A stretch of 64,000 nucleotides of DNA from Methanomicrobiales archaeon. Its GTDB lineage: Archaea; Halobacteriota; Methanomicrobia; Methanomicrobiales; Methanospirillaceae. A program made the position numbers and the translations under genes. The notes beneath the pieces are model-generated. The model searched no databases, was not told the origin of the DNA, and saw only the letters and a program-made list of their open reading frames with translations. Positions 50,554 through 59,965 of the stretch are shown in pieces. How positions within the stretch are numbered: position 1 is the first letter of the stretch; the number at the start of each line of letters is the position of its first letter. The stretch covers positions 121,126-185,125 of the forward strand of contig JBAXJR010000001.1 in the NCBI GenBank assembly GCA_037137755.1. Reading direction: 5' to 3'.

Positions 50554-51951
50554 ATGGATGTTGAGGAGTTCGTCCGCCGCCAGATGGACGAATGTATAGG
50601 TAACGACGATATCACACAAAAACTAGCCCGTCACATTCAACGGATCAAAGATGTCCCGCCCGCATACGCGGAATCATTCGCACGGGCAGTCATCAGGGAG
50701 GTGGAAAATACCCGGGGACTTACCGGGGACTTTTTTACCTTTGAGCGGTCTGGTGTGAAGATGGGTGATTTTGGTGTCGGGTCGAGGGGCACCGGGGATT
50801 TCTTTGCGCACCGGGAAATAGCCCGGATTATCGGGCGTACCAGTGCATCGGTCGGTGTCGATGAAATGGACGATGCAGGGGCGGTGCTCCTGGATACGAG
50901 GAAGCAGGGGGCAACAAATAATAACCCGCAAACGACAGGGGAACTTCCAAAGGAGGGGGGTGAAGGGCCGTATATTATCTGTACAGTCGACGGGATGCAT
51001 TCACGCCTGTCGGATTTTCCATTCCTTGCAGGCTTTCATGTGACCCGTGCCACGCTCAGGGATGTCTATGTGATGGGGGCGCATCCAGTCATGCTGTTCT
51101 CGGACATCCATGTGGCGGATGATGGGGATGTCGCCAAAATTTTTGATTATACCGCAGGTATCACGGCGGTTGGCGAGGTAATGGGTGTACCGCTGGTAAC
51201 CGGGTCAACTCTCCGGATTGGCGGGGACATGGTGCTAGGAAGCCGCATGACCGGTTGTGTCGGGGCTGTGGGTATCGCCCGCCACCTCACCGCGAGGAAA
51301 GAGACCCGGCCCGGGGATGTAATCCTGATGACTGAAGGGGCGGGAGGAGGGACAATTGCAACGGCAGCGTTATATTCGGGGTTCCCGGATGTTGTCGATG
51401 CAACGATAAACCTCAATTTCCTCCTTGCATCTGAAGCCCTGCTTGCCAGTGATGCCCTGACGTCTATCCACTCTATGACTGACGTAACAAACGGAGGTCT
51501 CCGTGGCGATGTATACGAGATGGCAGAAACTGCAGGATGCCGGATCATAATCGAAGAGAAAGATGTCGGGTCCCTGGTGCAGCCGGATGTCGCAAAAATG
51601 CTCCTTGATCTCTCGATCGATTATCTCGGTGTCTCTCTTGATGCCTTGCTGATTACTGCACCCCGGTCTGAAGTCCCGGCTATTACGGACGTCATCCAGG
51701 GCACAGGTGTTACCATCAGGGAGATAGGCAGGGTCGAAGCAGGTAAGCCCGAATCAGTCATTGTTGTTGATGGCAGGGAACAGGACTTCACTCCCCGGTT
51801 CCGGGAGGCTGCCTATACCCCACTGAAAAAAGTTGTCGAATTACAACGGTGCGACTTTGAAGATATGAAAATGAAAGTCCGGCGTTCAGCAGATGCAGCA
51901 ATTGAGAAAAAACAACGAATTATTGAACGGATAAGACCGAAATCCACTTAA
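50554..51951 (+). CDS. AIR synthase/HypE-like protein (archaeal long form)
   Basis: GVGSRG.GDF, MDDAG, VDGMHSRLS, RDVYVMGA, MTDVTNGG. TATTTAT lies ~24 nt upstream, suggesting a leaderless transcript. Confidence 0.85.
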   Translation: MDVEEFVRRQMDECIGNDDITQKLARHIQRIKDVPPAYAESFARAVIREVENTRGLTGDFFTFERSGVKMGDFGVGSRGTGDFFAHREIARIIGRTSASVGVDEMDDAGAVLLDTRKQGATNNNPQTTGELPKEGGEGPYIICTVDGMHSRLSDFPFLAGFHVTRATLRDVYVMGAHPVMLFSDIHVADDGDVAKIFDYTAGITAVGEVMGVPLVTGSTLRIGGDMVLGSRMTGCVGAVGIARHLTARKETRPGDVILMTEGAGGGTIATAALYSGFPDVVDATINLNFLLASEALLASDALTSIHSMTDVTNGGLRGDVYEMAETAGCRIIIEEKDVGSLVQPDVAKMLLDLSIDYLGVSLDALLITAPRSEVPAITDVIQGTGVTIREIGRVEAGKPESVIVVDGREQDFTPRFREAAYTPLKKVVELQRCDFEDMKMKVRRSADAAIEKKQRIIERIRPKST

Positions 51952-51968
51952 TTTATATTTTTTAAAGA

Positions 51969-52709
51969 TTATCCGGTCTGTTCGTCATAAGGTTTTCTTC
52001 CGCTCGCACAGATATTATAGGCAAGGTATGGAATGTTCCGTTCAACGAAGGGCTCCATTTTTTTCGCAATATCATATATCGGGCGTGCAAGGTTATAGTG
52101 TGCAAATGAGCACCTCTTCACGTGCACATCGATAAACCCTGCCTCATAAAAGAGCTGTTCCATCTCCTCGACAGAGTAATACCGTTCTCCGAATGCCCCG
52201 AAGCAGGCTTTTTTCAGGTTCATCGCCTCGCTGATGTGGTATATTGCAGGAAGCCCGCGTGTGAACAGGTTCCTTCCAAGTGTGCAGATGGCGATTGAAC
52301 CTCCGGGCCTGAGTACCCTGGCAGTCTCGGAAAGTGTCTTTTCCGGGTGTTTCAGGTAGGAGAACGAAAGGAGGCTTGAAACAGCATCAAACGAGTTGTC
52401 ACGGAATGGAAGCACTTCAGCAGTCCCGATTGTAAAATCACTGGTGCCACATTTATCTGATGCTTTTCCAATCATTCCACGGCTGATATCAATACCTACC
52501 GCCTCTCCACCCTCGTTCACGTAATGCCGGACAAAGAGCCCTGTCCCACACCCGAGATCGAGAAGCCTGCCACCCTTTGGAAACCGTTCCATTACATGGC
52601 GGCTGATATGATTATAATAGAATTTCCCGCGGTTCGCGTCGTAACGGTGGTCATATACTTCTGCCACCTCGTCATAATGGCTGCTGACTTTGTTTACTGC
52701 CACATTCAC
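51969..52709 (-). CDS. Class I SAM-dependent methyltransferase
   Basis: LLDLGCGTG, GIDIS, LPFRDNSFDAV, RVLRPGG. Confidence 0.92.
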   Translation of the reverse strand: MNVAVNKVSSHYDEVAEVYDHRYDANRGKFYYNHISRHVMERFPKGGRLLDLGCGTGLFVRHYVNEGGEAVGIDISRGMIGKASDKCGTSDFTIGTAEVLPFRDNSFDAVSSLLSFSYLKHPEKTLSETARVLRPGGSIAICTLGRNLFTRGLPAIYHISEAMNLKKACFGAFGERYYSVEEMEQLFYEAGFIDVHVKRCSFAHYNLARPIYDIAKKMEPFVERNIPYLAYNICASGRKPYDEQTG

Positions 52710-53701
52710 CCGAAAACCTCGTCGATTATCCTTGCTGCAAGAGCATTGAGCTGTATATATTCATTGTTGCAGTGGCCTATCAAGTAGTCGGTATCAGCGA
52801 GTGCGCAGGCAATTCTCGGGTCATTGTATTCCCTTTTCAGCACTTTCCGAAGCTCGGATAGTACCTCTCCTCCCGAAAGGCCGTATTCTATCATGAGTGA
52901 TTCGATACGCCGGTTAGCAGATGCCGCGTCACCTGCAGCGATGGCAGAATATATTGCAAACGCTACCATGCCCGTCTCGGTCTCCCTGAATTTTGCGAGG
53001 TCGAATGGTTCACCTGATTCAGCTGCAACCTGGAGAAGCATGACCGATCTGCGAAGATCACCCCCAGAGTCCTGCACTATGAGGTCTATCTCATCATCGC
53101 TGCAACAACGGTCGGGCTTTTCTCTTGCAAGGATCGATGTAAGGTAAGCTGAAGCGAGGTCAGGTGCTACCGGCCCGAAAAAGAAAGGGATACAGCGGGA
53201 CGCAATTGCAGGGATGATTGCAGCCGGGTGGGTGGTGCAAAAGACAAAACGGCAGGTCTGGCTATACCGCTCCATAGTACGCCGGAGTGATGACTGGGCA
53301 TCGCGGGTGAGCGCTGATGCGTCATCGATCACCACCATCTTAAACGGTGCATTAAGAGGCCGGAGCGAGGCATACCAGCGTATTATATGTTTGAAATTAT
53401 TGATCAGGCTCTCGTCTTTCCGGTAAATATGTGCATAACGGTCATCGTCTTCAAGGTATTTTTTTCCGAGAAGGAAAAGGTCGGAGGCATGGATCACGGT
53501 GCAGTTCTCGACCCAGTGGTCCCCATAGAGTTTTCGTGCCACACATTCTACCGCGACACTTTTTCCGGTGCCGTGCGGCCCGCTGATCAGGAGGTGGGGG
53601 AGTGACCCGCCGGAGGCAAATGACTGCAGGTGCTGTACCACGCGTTCGTGTCCGATAATTTCCCCGAAACTGGCAGGACGGTATTTTTCAATCCAGAGCA
53701 T
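52706..53701 (-). CDS. Replication factor C small subunit, divergent second paralogue
   Basis: LWIEKYRP, GPHGTGKS, atypical Walker B VIDDAS, AQSSLRRTME, SRC, GDLR. Confidence 0.85.
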   Translation of the reverse strand: MLWIEKYRPASFGEIIGHERVVQHLQSFASGGSLPHLLISGPHGTGKSVAVECVARKLYGDHWVENCTVIHASDLFLLGKKYLEDDDRYAHIYRKDESLINNFKHIIRWYASLRPLNAPFKMVVIDDASALTRDAQSSLRRTMERYSQTCRFVFCTTHPAAIIPAIASRCIPFFFGPVAPDLASAYLTSILAREKPDRCCSDDEIDLIVQDSGGDLRRSVMLLQVAAESGEPFDLAKFRETETGMVAFAIYSAIAAGDAASANRRIESLMIEYGLSGGEVLSELRKVLKREYNDPRIACALADTDYLIGHCNNEYIQLNALAARIIDEVFG

Positions 53702-54422
53702 GTGCGAGTCTCCTGTTCATCTCCTTCATTGCTTCTTTGAGGAAATAATTGTTATCAGGGGCCCTTGATAATTCAGTAACCTCCGGTTCCCGGAGTGTCC
53801 CGAGGAACCCTGTTATGCATGGGAGAGCCCGTGTCACCTCGTCTACTATAGTGAGGCTGGCCATCCGGGCGGTGCGGGACAACGGGTTCAGGTCGATTGC
53901 AATTACTGTCTTCCCCATCTTCCTGAGTGCCTCGCAACGGTCACCGTCTTCCAGCGGCACAAGGATGACATCTGCTTTCCCGGTCCCTTCCGGGTAGCTT
54001 AACGCCCTGTCATGTGAGAGCGGGATGATCCGTTCGGCCTTCCCTGATAGAACGGTAACCCCATTTGATTCGAGCAGGTGCGTGATCTTCCTGACCCGTT
54101 CTTCAGTCCTGTGGAAAAGATTTACTTCAACGATGGCGCCGGAAACCTCCTGCAACCGGGCGATTTCGAAGGCTGCCAGTGCCGCGGTATTTCCATTAAC
54201 CGATATGACAGGGTGTTGTGCTGAACGGAGCATGGCAGCAGCTGTCTTTTCCGCAAGTAATGCCCCATCGGTAGTTCTTTCCCCGATCATGTAATCAAAT
54301 GCCTCCCCTCTTCCGTGTGCAACCAGTCCTTCGGGAGAGACGATCCCCTCCCGTACGTACTCTGCAAGACGCTCACGTACGATAAGTGACCGGTACCGGG
54401 GATGATCTGTTGGAATCGTCAT
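53688..54422 (-). CDS. pps: Phosphopantothenate synthetase (archaeal PPS)
   Basis: IP.DHPRYRSL..RE, AHGRGEAFDY, ISVNGN, VPLEDGDR, IDLNPLSRT. Confidence 0.93.
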   Translation of the reverse strand: MTIPTDHPRYRSLIVRERLAEYVREGIVSPEGLVAHGRGEAFDYMIGERTTDGALLAEKTAAAMLRSAQHPVISVNGNTAALAAFEIARLQEVSGAIVEVNLFHRTEERVRKITHLLESNGVTVLSGKAERIIPLSHDRALSYPEGTGKADVILVPLEDGDRCEALRKMGKTVIAIDLNPLSRTARMASLTIVDEVTRALPCITGFLGTLREPEVTELSRAPDNNYFLKEAMKEMNRRLAHALD

Positions 54423-54510
54423 GTTGTTTTGGATCCTGATGGTCGATCATTATCATTGGCAGGCAAGGTAAAAATTGCCACCCTTGTGACACGGGTCATG
54501 GAGCAAAAAA

Positions 54511-55380
54511 CTACCATGAATCAAATGGCAGGAGCCGCGGCCCACTGGTCGCAACCTGGAGAGAAAATACCCTACCGGAGATCCCGGATACTACGTGGAA
54601 TGCATTCTCTCCAATGGCAAAAATACCGTTCCCGAGCATTGTCATACTGGCGGGGACTCCGGCTGAATCACAGAATTCCAGGGCTTTACGGATATCAGGT
54701 GTAATAAGCCCGCTTTTTTCAGCAAATGCCCTTGAAAGAGTAAACAACTCTTCAATTGATCCCGGGCAGGTACCCGGGAAAGCCCTTGTGACTCGTTCCA
54801 TGACATCCGGCGCTCCAAGGATACCCGGAGATGGAAGCGGCCCGAACGTTACCGCGTAGACCGGTGGAAAAGGTCCGGGCAGCCGGACAATATCAGCATC
54901 TATTCCCGGACCTTTCCTGCAGTCTACCCCGCCACCCTGGCAGGCAGCAATGTCCCCCAGCCCGGTTTTATGGAGTATCTCTGCCTCGTGGGCAAACCAG
55001 GAACATTCTGTTATTGAATATCCAAGAGCGAACGCCTGGTTCGCTGCAATTGCAGAGGCCGCCAGGGCAGCCGCGGAAAGACCGAAACCGGCACTGATCG
55101 GGAGGTGGCAGCGGGTACTGACTTTTGCAGTCACGCCGAGTGTCTCCATCAGGTATTCAACCGGGGGAGAACCTGGTAACCGTTCAATTACAGATCCCTG
55201 CCGGTCAGCCCTGGTAATTTCCACACAAGTCAGGGAAGAGGGTTCCACCAGCACTGTTACACCTTCCGAAATGACAATGCCTGCCCCGGTGCTCCCGGTT
55301 TGCTTCAGGGTATCCCCACGAACTGGCCGAAAATACCCTGAAATATGGCCCGGACAGAAGGCTACAGCAGCCTCTTCCAT
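54511..55380 (-). CDS. pok: Pantoate kinase (GHMP family)
   Basis: FCPGHISGYF, GSTGAG, PISAGFGLSAA, AHEAE...TGLGD, SMTMLGN. Confidence 0.92.
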   Translation of the reverse strand: MEEAAVAFCPGHISGYFRPVRGDTLKQTGSTGAGIVISEGVTVLVEPSSLTCVEITRADRQGSVIERLPGSPPVEYLMETLGVTAKVSTRCHLPISAGFGLSAAALAASAIAANQAFALGYSITECSWFAHEAEILHKTGLGDIAACQGGGVDCRKGPGIDADIVRLPGPFPPVYAVTFGPLPSPGILGAPDVMERVTRAFPGTCPGSIEELFTLSRAFAEKSGLITPDIRKALEFCDSAGVPASMTMLGNGIFAIGENAFHVVSGISGRVFSLQVATSGPRLLPFDSW

Positions 55381-56504
55381 AGTTCCCCTGCCAGCTCTTC
55401 CTTGGTGCACCGCAACTCTACCCGGTTATCTCCGGAGAGGAGGACAAAGTCCCCACCTGTTGACCCCATCACGTCCGGGGAATTGATAACCACCATTCTT
55501 GCACCCTCTTTCACCATTGTCCGGGCCTGTTCCTCGACACCGGTGCCCATTTTAAATGCTACGGTAACCGGGTGTCCTTTCCCTTCCCTGCAGACCTGCG
55601 GGAACAGCTTCGGGAGCGGGCTGAGGTGCAGTGTGACCGGTTTTCCACTGGGAATCTTGCCTGTTACCAGTCCGGGTGCGAAATCCGAGATCGCTGCAGC
55701 ACTCATGTAGTAGTCAACCTTCCCCATGTCACATTCGTTCAGCACGGCAGCCCTCATCTCGTCTGCCGTTGATACGGTAATATTCCGTATGCAGGGGAAC
55801 CTGTCCCTGTGGACAACCGCAACATCTGCACCAAGCCGAAACGCCTCGAGCGCCAGAGCCCTTCCCATCATGCCGGTTGAACGGGTTGTAATTACACGGA
55901 CATCATCAACGGGCTCCCTGCATGCACCGCTGGTAATTAGCACGTGTTTCCCTGCAAGCGGCCATCCTGCGAGTGCCCGTTTTGCATGGAGGACGATCTC
56001 TTCAATACCGGCAATTTTCGCACGCCCCTCTTCAATCCGGGGGGAAATTATATCTATCCCCCAACTTCTCAACCGGTCCAAGTTCTCTCTCACTGCCGGA
56101 TGACGGTACATGCTTTCATGCATGGCCGGTGCAATGACAACCGGTAAACCCCGGCCAACCGCGGTAGTTGCAAACGTAGTGATCGGTGTGTCATCAATCC
56201 CACAGGCGATTTTGCCGATAGTATTCGCTGTGCAGGGTGCTACGAGGAAAAGGTCCGCTTTCCCCCCCTCCCCACAGTACTCCACATGTTCGACCATACC
56301 CGAACACCGGGTGATTGTCTCTCGCCCGGTGGCATAGGTGAGTGCGTCAGGACTGATTATCCCACATGCAGCCTGGCTCATTACACCCTGCACCACGGCC
56401 CCTTCTCTCCGCAGATGGTGACAGAGCCTGACTACTTCGGTGGCAGCGATACTCCCGGTGACCGCGAGAACGATACATTTCCCTTTCAATACGCCCTCTG
56501 TCAT
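55362..56504 (-). CDS. coaBC: Bifunctional PPC decarboxylase/synthetase
   Basis: VTGSIAA, APCTANTIGK, PAMHESM, ITSG...EPVDDVR, STGMMG, AAISDF. Confidence 0.95.
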   Translation of the reverse strand: MTEGVLKGKCIVLAVTGSIAATEVVRLCHHLRREGAVVQGVMSQAACGIISPDALTYATGRETITRCSGMVEHVEYCGEGGKADLFLVAPCTANTIGKIACGIDDTPITTFATTAVGRGLPVVIAPAMHESMYRHPAVRENLDRLRSWGIDIISPRIEEGRAKIAGIEEIVLHAKRALAGWPLAGKHVLITSGACREPVDDVRVITTRSTGMMGRALALEAFRLGADVAVVHRDRFPCIRNITVSTADEMRAAVLNECDMGKVDYYMSAAAISDFAPGLVTGKIPSGKPVTLHLSPLPKLFPQVCREGKGHPVTVAFKMGTGVEEQARTMVKEGARMVVINSPDVMGSTGGDFVLLSGDNRVELRCTKEELAGELWKRLL

Positions 56505-57385
56505 ACGAGTGTCACATCCTGTACATAATGCCAGCAGTGAGGGGCTGTTTTCTTCACGGCCCTGACTGAAATTTCTGCTTTGAAATCCGCAGATTTCAAC
56601 TGCCCTGTGATATCCGGCGGTCGGGGTCCTGATGAATGGACGTGGAGAACGGAACCCGGGTGAACGTGGGGAAGGACATGTGAAATTGCCTGGGCTGATT
56701 CAAAATGGCCCATGATGACCCGGTCATACACTCCTGTAAGCAGGTCACGGCAATTTCCAGGCGTAGCGATGATCCTGTCAGAATACTTGTTCAGCTCGAT
56801 GTTTTTCTGCAGGTACCGGAATGCGACCGGGTTAATCTCCATCGCATGCACAACACCCCCAGCCCGGGCCACAGGTAAGGTAAAATAACCAATACCGGCA
56901 TACATATCGGCCACGCGTTCTCCTCTCCGGGTAAGTGCAGCAATCCTCATTTTTTCCGTCCTATTACCCTGCGAAAACATTACCTTTGAGGGATCGATAC
57001 AGAACAGGAGTCCCGACTCCCTGTGAATGACATCACATGAGTTCCCGTAAAGGACCTCTGTTGTCGGGATCCGGCAGACCCCGAAATGAGTACTGACCCA
57101 TAGTACACCGTGCGGGTGCTGCCAGTCAACAATTTCTTTCACTTCTTCAGGTGAAGGCCGCTCTCCCCTTACCACGGCGATCGGCCCGATCATCTGGTAG
57201 CCCCGTCCCCTGTATCGCTGGCACGGGGTAAGGTTACCGGTTCCAGCATAGCCGTCACGGACCGGAACGTAAGCGGTTTCACCGGATACATACGGTTTCC
57301 TGGTCTTATCTGCCCAGTCACTTTCCAGGACAGCGTGTAGTTCTTCCAGGGGCACTTCCCGTATGCGTATGGTCATGTTATCCAA
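56501..57385 (-). CDS. Trm5/Tyw2-family SAM-dependent tRNA modification enzyme, probably Taw2
   Basis: KVMFSQGN..EK.R, DMYAGIGYF, EINP, DRVIMG. Confidence 0.75.
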   Translation of the reverse strand: MDNMTIRIREVPLEELHAVLESDWADKTRKPYVSGETAYVPVRDGYAGTGNLTPCQRYRGRGYQMIGPIAVVRGERPSPEEVKEIVDWQHPHGVLWVSTHFGVCRIPTTEVLYGNSCDVIHRESGLLFCIDPSKVMFSQGNRTEKMRIAALTRRGERVADMYAGIGYFTLPVARAGGVVHAMEINPVAFRYLQKNIELNKYSDRIIATPGNCRDLLTGVYDRVIMGHFESAQAISHVLPHVHPGSVLHVHSSGPRPPDITGQLKSADFKAEISVRAVKKTAPHCWHYVQDVTLV

Positions 57386-58418
57386 CCGGTATCATTGTGT
57401 CCTGGTCTTTTAGCACCCTGATGTGCTGGCCCGGACCTGCCGTCCTCCAGGGGCCTACCGGGCATTCATGTGTTACCCCTGATACGGGGTCGATGATTCC
57501 AAGCACATCACCGTCAACATACGCGATAAGCGCATCCGTTGCATCCCGGACATTCCCGATTAATGCGCCAAAATCGTCTTCCTTTGCCGTACGTGCCTGT
57601 CCGTTTTTAAGGTCAAAATACCGTATATACTGCCCCTCTATCTGCATTATCTGCCCGTAACCCCTGCCTATCCTGACTACATCCCCACGGATATACTTCG
57701 GCAGCCTGACCGAGTAGGTAACCCTGAACAGTTTTTTGCCTGCCTTTTCACCTATCAGCTTGGGATGGGTGGAATACCGCCCCCCCAGTCGCTGGACAAC
57801 TGCCTGTGAAATTGCGAGGCCGATCTGCTGGGAGCCGATAGTGATATCAAGCCCCTCCCGCGTTTCTTCCATTTCGGAGATATAGGAAAGCCGATCACCA
57901 CCTGCCTGCATCCCGTTCTCCACTTCGGTTGCAATCTGCTGTGCCATGAGGGACTCATGCGGCAGGAGCTTCCGGTTCTGGGCCCTGACCTGAACAAGCC
58001 CCTCGTAATAACTCCCGCTGATCCGGTTACAACGGTTACACTGTTCCTTCTGCCAGGCGATCTCAATGACACCGGTTGCCTGAACATTTTGACCATACAA
58101 TACCCCAGTCGCCGTAACCTCGGCATACGACCTGTTCAGGGTCCTGTCACGGATTACCATACTGACAGAAGGGGAGGTGATGTCAGGATGAAAATGGACA
58201 GCAGTCCGTACAATTTCAGGCCCGATTTCATCTCTTCCCCGTTCAGTGTCAGTCCAGGTACTCCCATTTTTCTGGGAGTTACACGTAGGACAGTGCACAC
58301 TCGTCACCCTTGGATCAAAGGTGACCCATGTGGTCGATGAGCCCCTGCAACGGCCGCATAACCCTTCCCCTTCAACCGGTCCCCCGCAACGGGGGCAGAT
58401 ACATTCCTGAATATTCAT
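57378..58418 (-). CDS. nmd3: NMD3 family ribosome biogenesis protein
   Basis: CPRCG..LCGRC, CPTC, CNRC...YYEG.VQVR and YSVRLP. Confidence 0.9.
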   Translation of the reverse strand: MNIQECICPRCGGPVEGEGLCGRCRGSSTTWVTFDPRVTSVHCPTCNSQKNGSTWTDTERGRDEIGPEIVRTAVHFHPDITSPSVSMVIRDRTLNRSYAEVTATGVLYGQNVQATGVIEIAWQKEQCNRCNRISGSYYEGLVQVRAQNRKLLPHESLMAQQIATEVENGMQAGGDRLSYISEMEETREGLDITIGSQQIGLAISQAVVQRLGGRYSTHPKLIGEKAGKKLFRVTYSVRLPKYIRGDVVRIGRGYGQIMQIEGQYIRYFDLKNGQARTAKEDDFGALIGNVRDATDALIAYVDGDVLGIIDPVSGVTHECPVGPWRTAGPGQHIRVLKDQDTMIPVG

Positions 58419-58419
58419 G

Positions 58420-58713
58420 TTATACCCTGATTATCTGTGCGTGAGGGATACCCTCAATCACAAGGCACCCTGAACGCTCTACCAGCCCAAGACCGATTGC
58501 AATACCAACGGCCTGTTCACCAATGAGGTTGATGTGGTCCCCGTCCCGGATTGCCCGTGTCACATCCCCTTCGTCTGCTGGCGTATTACCATAGAAATAT
58601 TCGCTGACATGGAGCTCCAGATCACCCTGCCTGAGTTTTCGGTCGAGCAACTCATGGTCACAGACTGCGACCACGGTTGAACCGTCCGGTGCCCGATGAA
58701 CTTTTAAATACAT
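58420..58713 (-). CDS. DUF424 family protein
   Basis: MYLKVH...VVAVCD.ELL...FYG...INLIG...IPHAQ. Confidence 0.88.
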   Translation of the reverse strand: MYLKVHRAPDGSTVVAVCDHELLDRKLRQGDLELHVSEYFYGNTPADEGDVTRAIRDGDHINLIGEQAVGIAIGLGLVERSGCLVIEGIPHAQIIRV

Positions 58714-58762
58714 TGATCAGATATGGGCGGAGGCGTGTATTAAAAATATTATCTGTAGCAGT

Positions 58763-59587
58763 TCAGAGAACGATCTCCACACCATATACCCGTGATGGTG
58801 TATCAGTATGGATCCGGTGTACATCCTCCATGGTAATGAGCCCCTCCGACAGGAGACGGTTCGTAAACCTCGGCACTGACTTTGGCCCGATTACCGCTCC
58901 GGGCCTGCTGTTTTCATCCATGTAGTCACTCTCCATGGTTAACCTCCGGCCCGCCCTGCAAAGAGCAGGTATTGCCTCGTGTTTAGCCATCAGGGAGGGT
59001 ATCAGGGAGGTTTCAGGGGATGCATAGTGCTTAACCACCCGTGCAGGGTCCATCCCTGCAGACCTGGCCATTGCAATCATATCATCACACGGCCCGGTTT
59101 CCGCGTGTACCTGTACCGCGCAGCTGCAGTCCCCCCCGAGAGAGAATGCATGGAAGAGGACTTCGTTGGATAACGCCAGCACTTCCGGGGCGACCTCGTA
59201 ATGAGGCCGACCGCTTTTCAGGGCTACTGCGGTGCCCTCGATAACATACCGTGCGGCGAAGTCCAGCCCCTCTTTCATAATAACCGAGGCCTCTTTGAGA
59301 TCCATCGTTTCGGAAAGCCGGGTGATTTCTGCCGGGTGGACACCGAGAACCGGGTAAACAACGATACCGGTTTCCCGGATTTTATCGGCAATACGGAGCG
59401 TCTCATCGAAAACCTGGCTGAAATCTGAACCTTTTTTCGGGAAGACACCGAGGGAAAAGGAGGGTTTTGAGACAAGAAACATGTGGGTTCCCCCTGCCCT
59501 CATGAAATCCTTTGCTGCATCAATTCCCCTCCCGTTAACCGGGTCAATATGGATGTGGTCATCAGTAATGGGTGTTTTTTCCGGCAT
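58763..59587 (-). CDS. TatD-related metal-dependent hydrolase
   Basis: DDHIH, GVHPAE, GRPHY, QVHAE, VKHY, ESDY. Probable start MPEK at 59587. Confidence 0.88.
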   Translation of the reverse strand: MPEKTPITDDHIHIDPVNGRGIDAAKDFMRAGGTHMFLVSKPSFSLGVFPKKGSDFSQVFDETLRIADKIRETGIVVYPVLGVHPAEITRLSETMDLKEASVIMKEGLDFAARYVIEGTAVALKSGRPHYEVAPEVLALSNEVLFHAFSLGGDCSCAVQVHAETGPCDDMIAMARSAGMDPARVVKHYASPETSLIPSLMAKHEAIPALCRAGRRLTMESDYMDENSRPGAVIGPKSVPRFTNRLLSEGLITMEDVHRIHTDTPSRVYGVEIVL

Positions 59588-59915
59588 CGCTGCACTCCAC
59601 AATCTCCATGTAGGGGTAATCATCCTTCGGGCTGAGCCGTGCCCGGCAATAAGAGAAACCCACCCTCGTTACGATTTCTACACGGAACATCAGGCCCCTT
59701 ACCTCGCTGTACCCGAACTCATTGGGTGTCATCAATACCCGGTCCAGGCTGACCGAGATCTCCTCAACATATGGCTGGAGTATGACACTTTTTTCGATTG
59801 CCTTTTCAAGTGATTCGGCCGAGGCACGGGAGACTGGTGCCCCCACCCACTGGTGGTACAATGCACCAAGTTTTATTGCGGCCTCAAATATTGCCAGTTC
59901 ACGGTCTGTTGTCAT
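59562..59915 (-). CDS. mptD: Archaeal dihydroneopterin aldolase
   Basis: RELAIFEAAIKLGALYHQWVG.PV, QPYV, GYSE, YPYM. Confidence 0.88.
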   Translation of the reverse strand: MTTDRELAIFEAAIKLGALYHQWVGAPVSRASAESLEKAIEKSVILQPYVEEISVSLDRVLMTPNEFGYSEVRGLMFRVEIVTRVGFSYCRARLSPKDDYPYMEIVECSDAGKNTHY

Positions 59916-59965
59916 GTTCCTCCTTTCATATCATCTAATTACGTCATCCACAGGGTATGAGCCTG

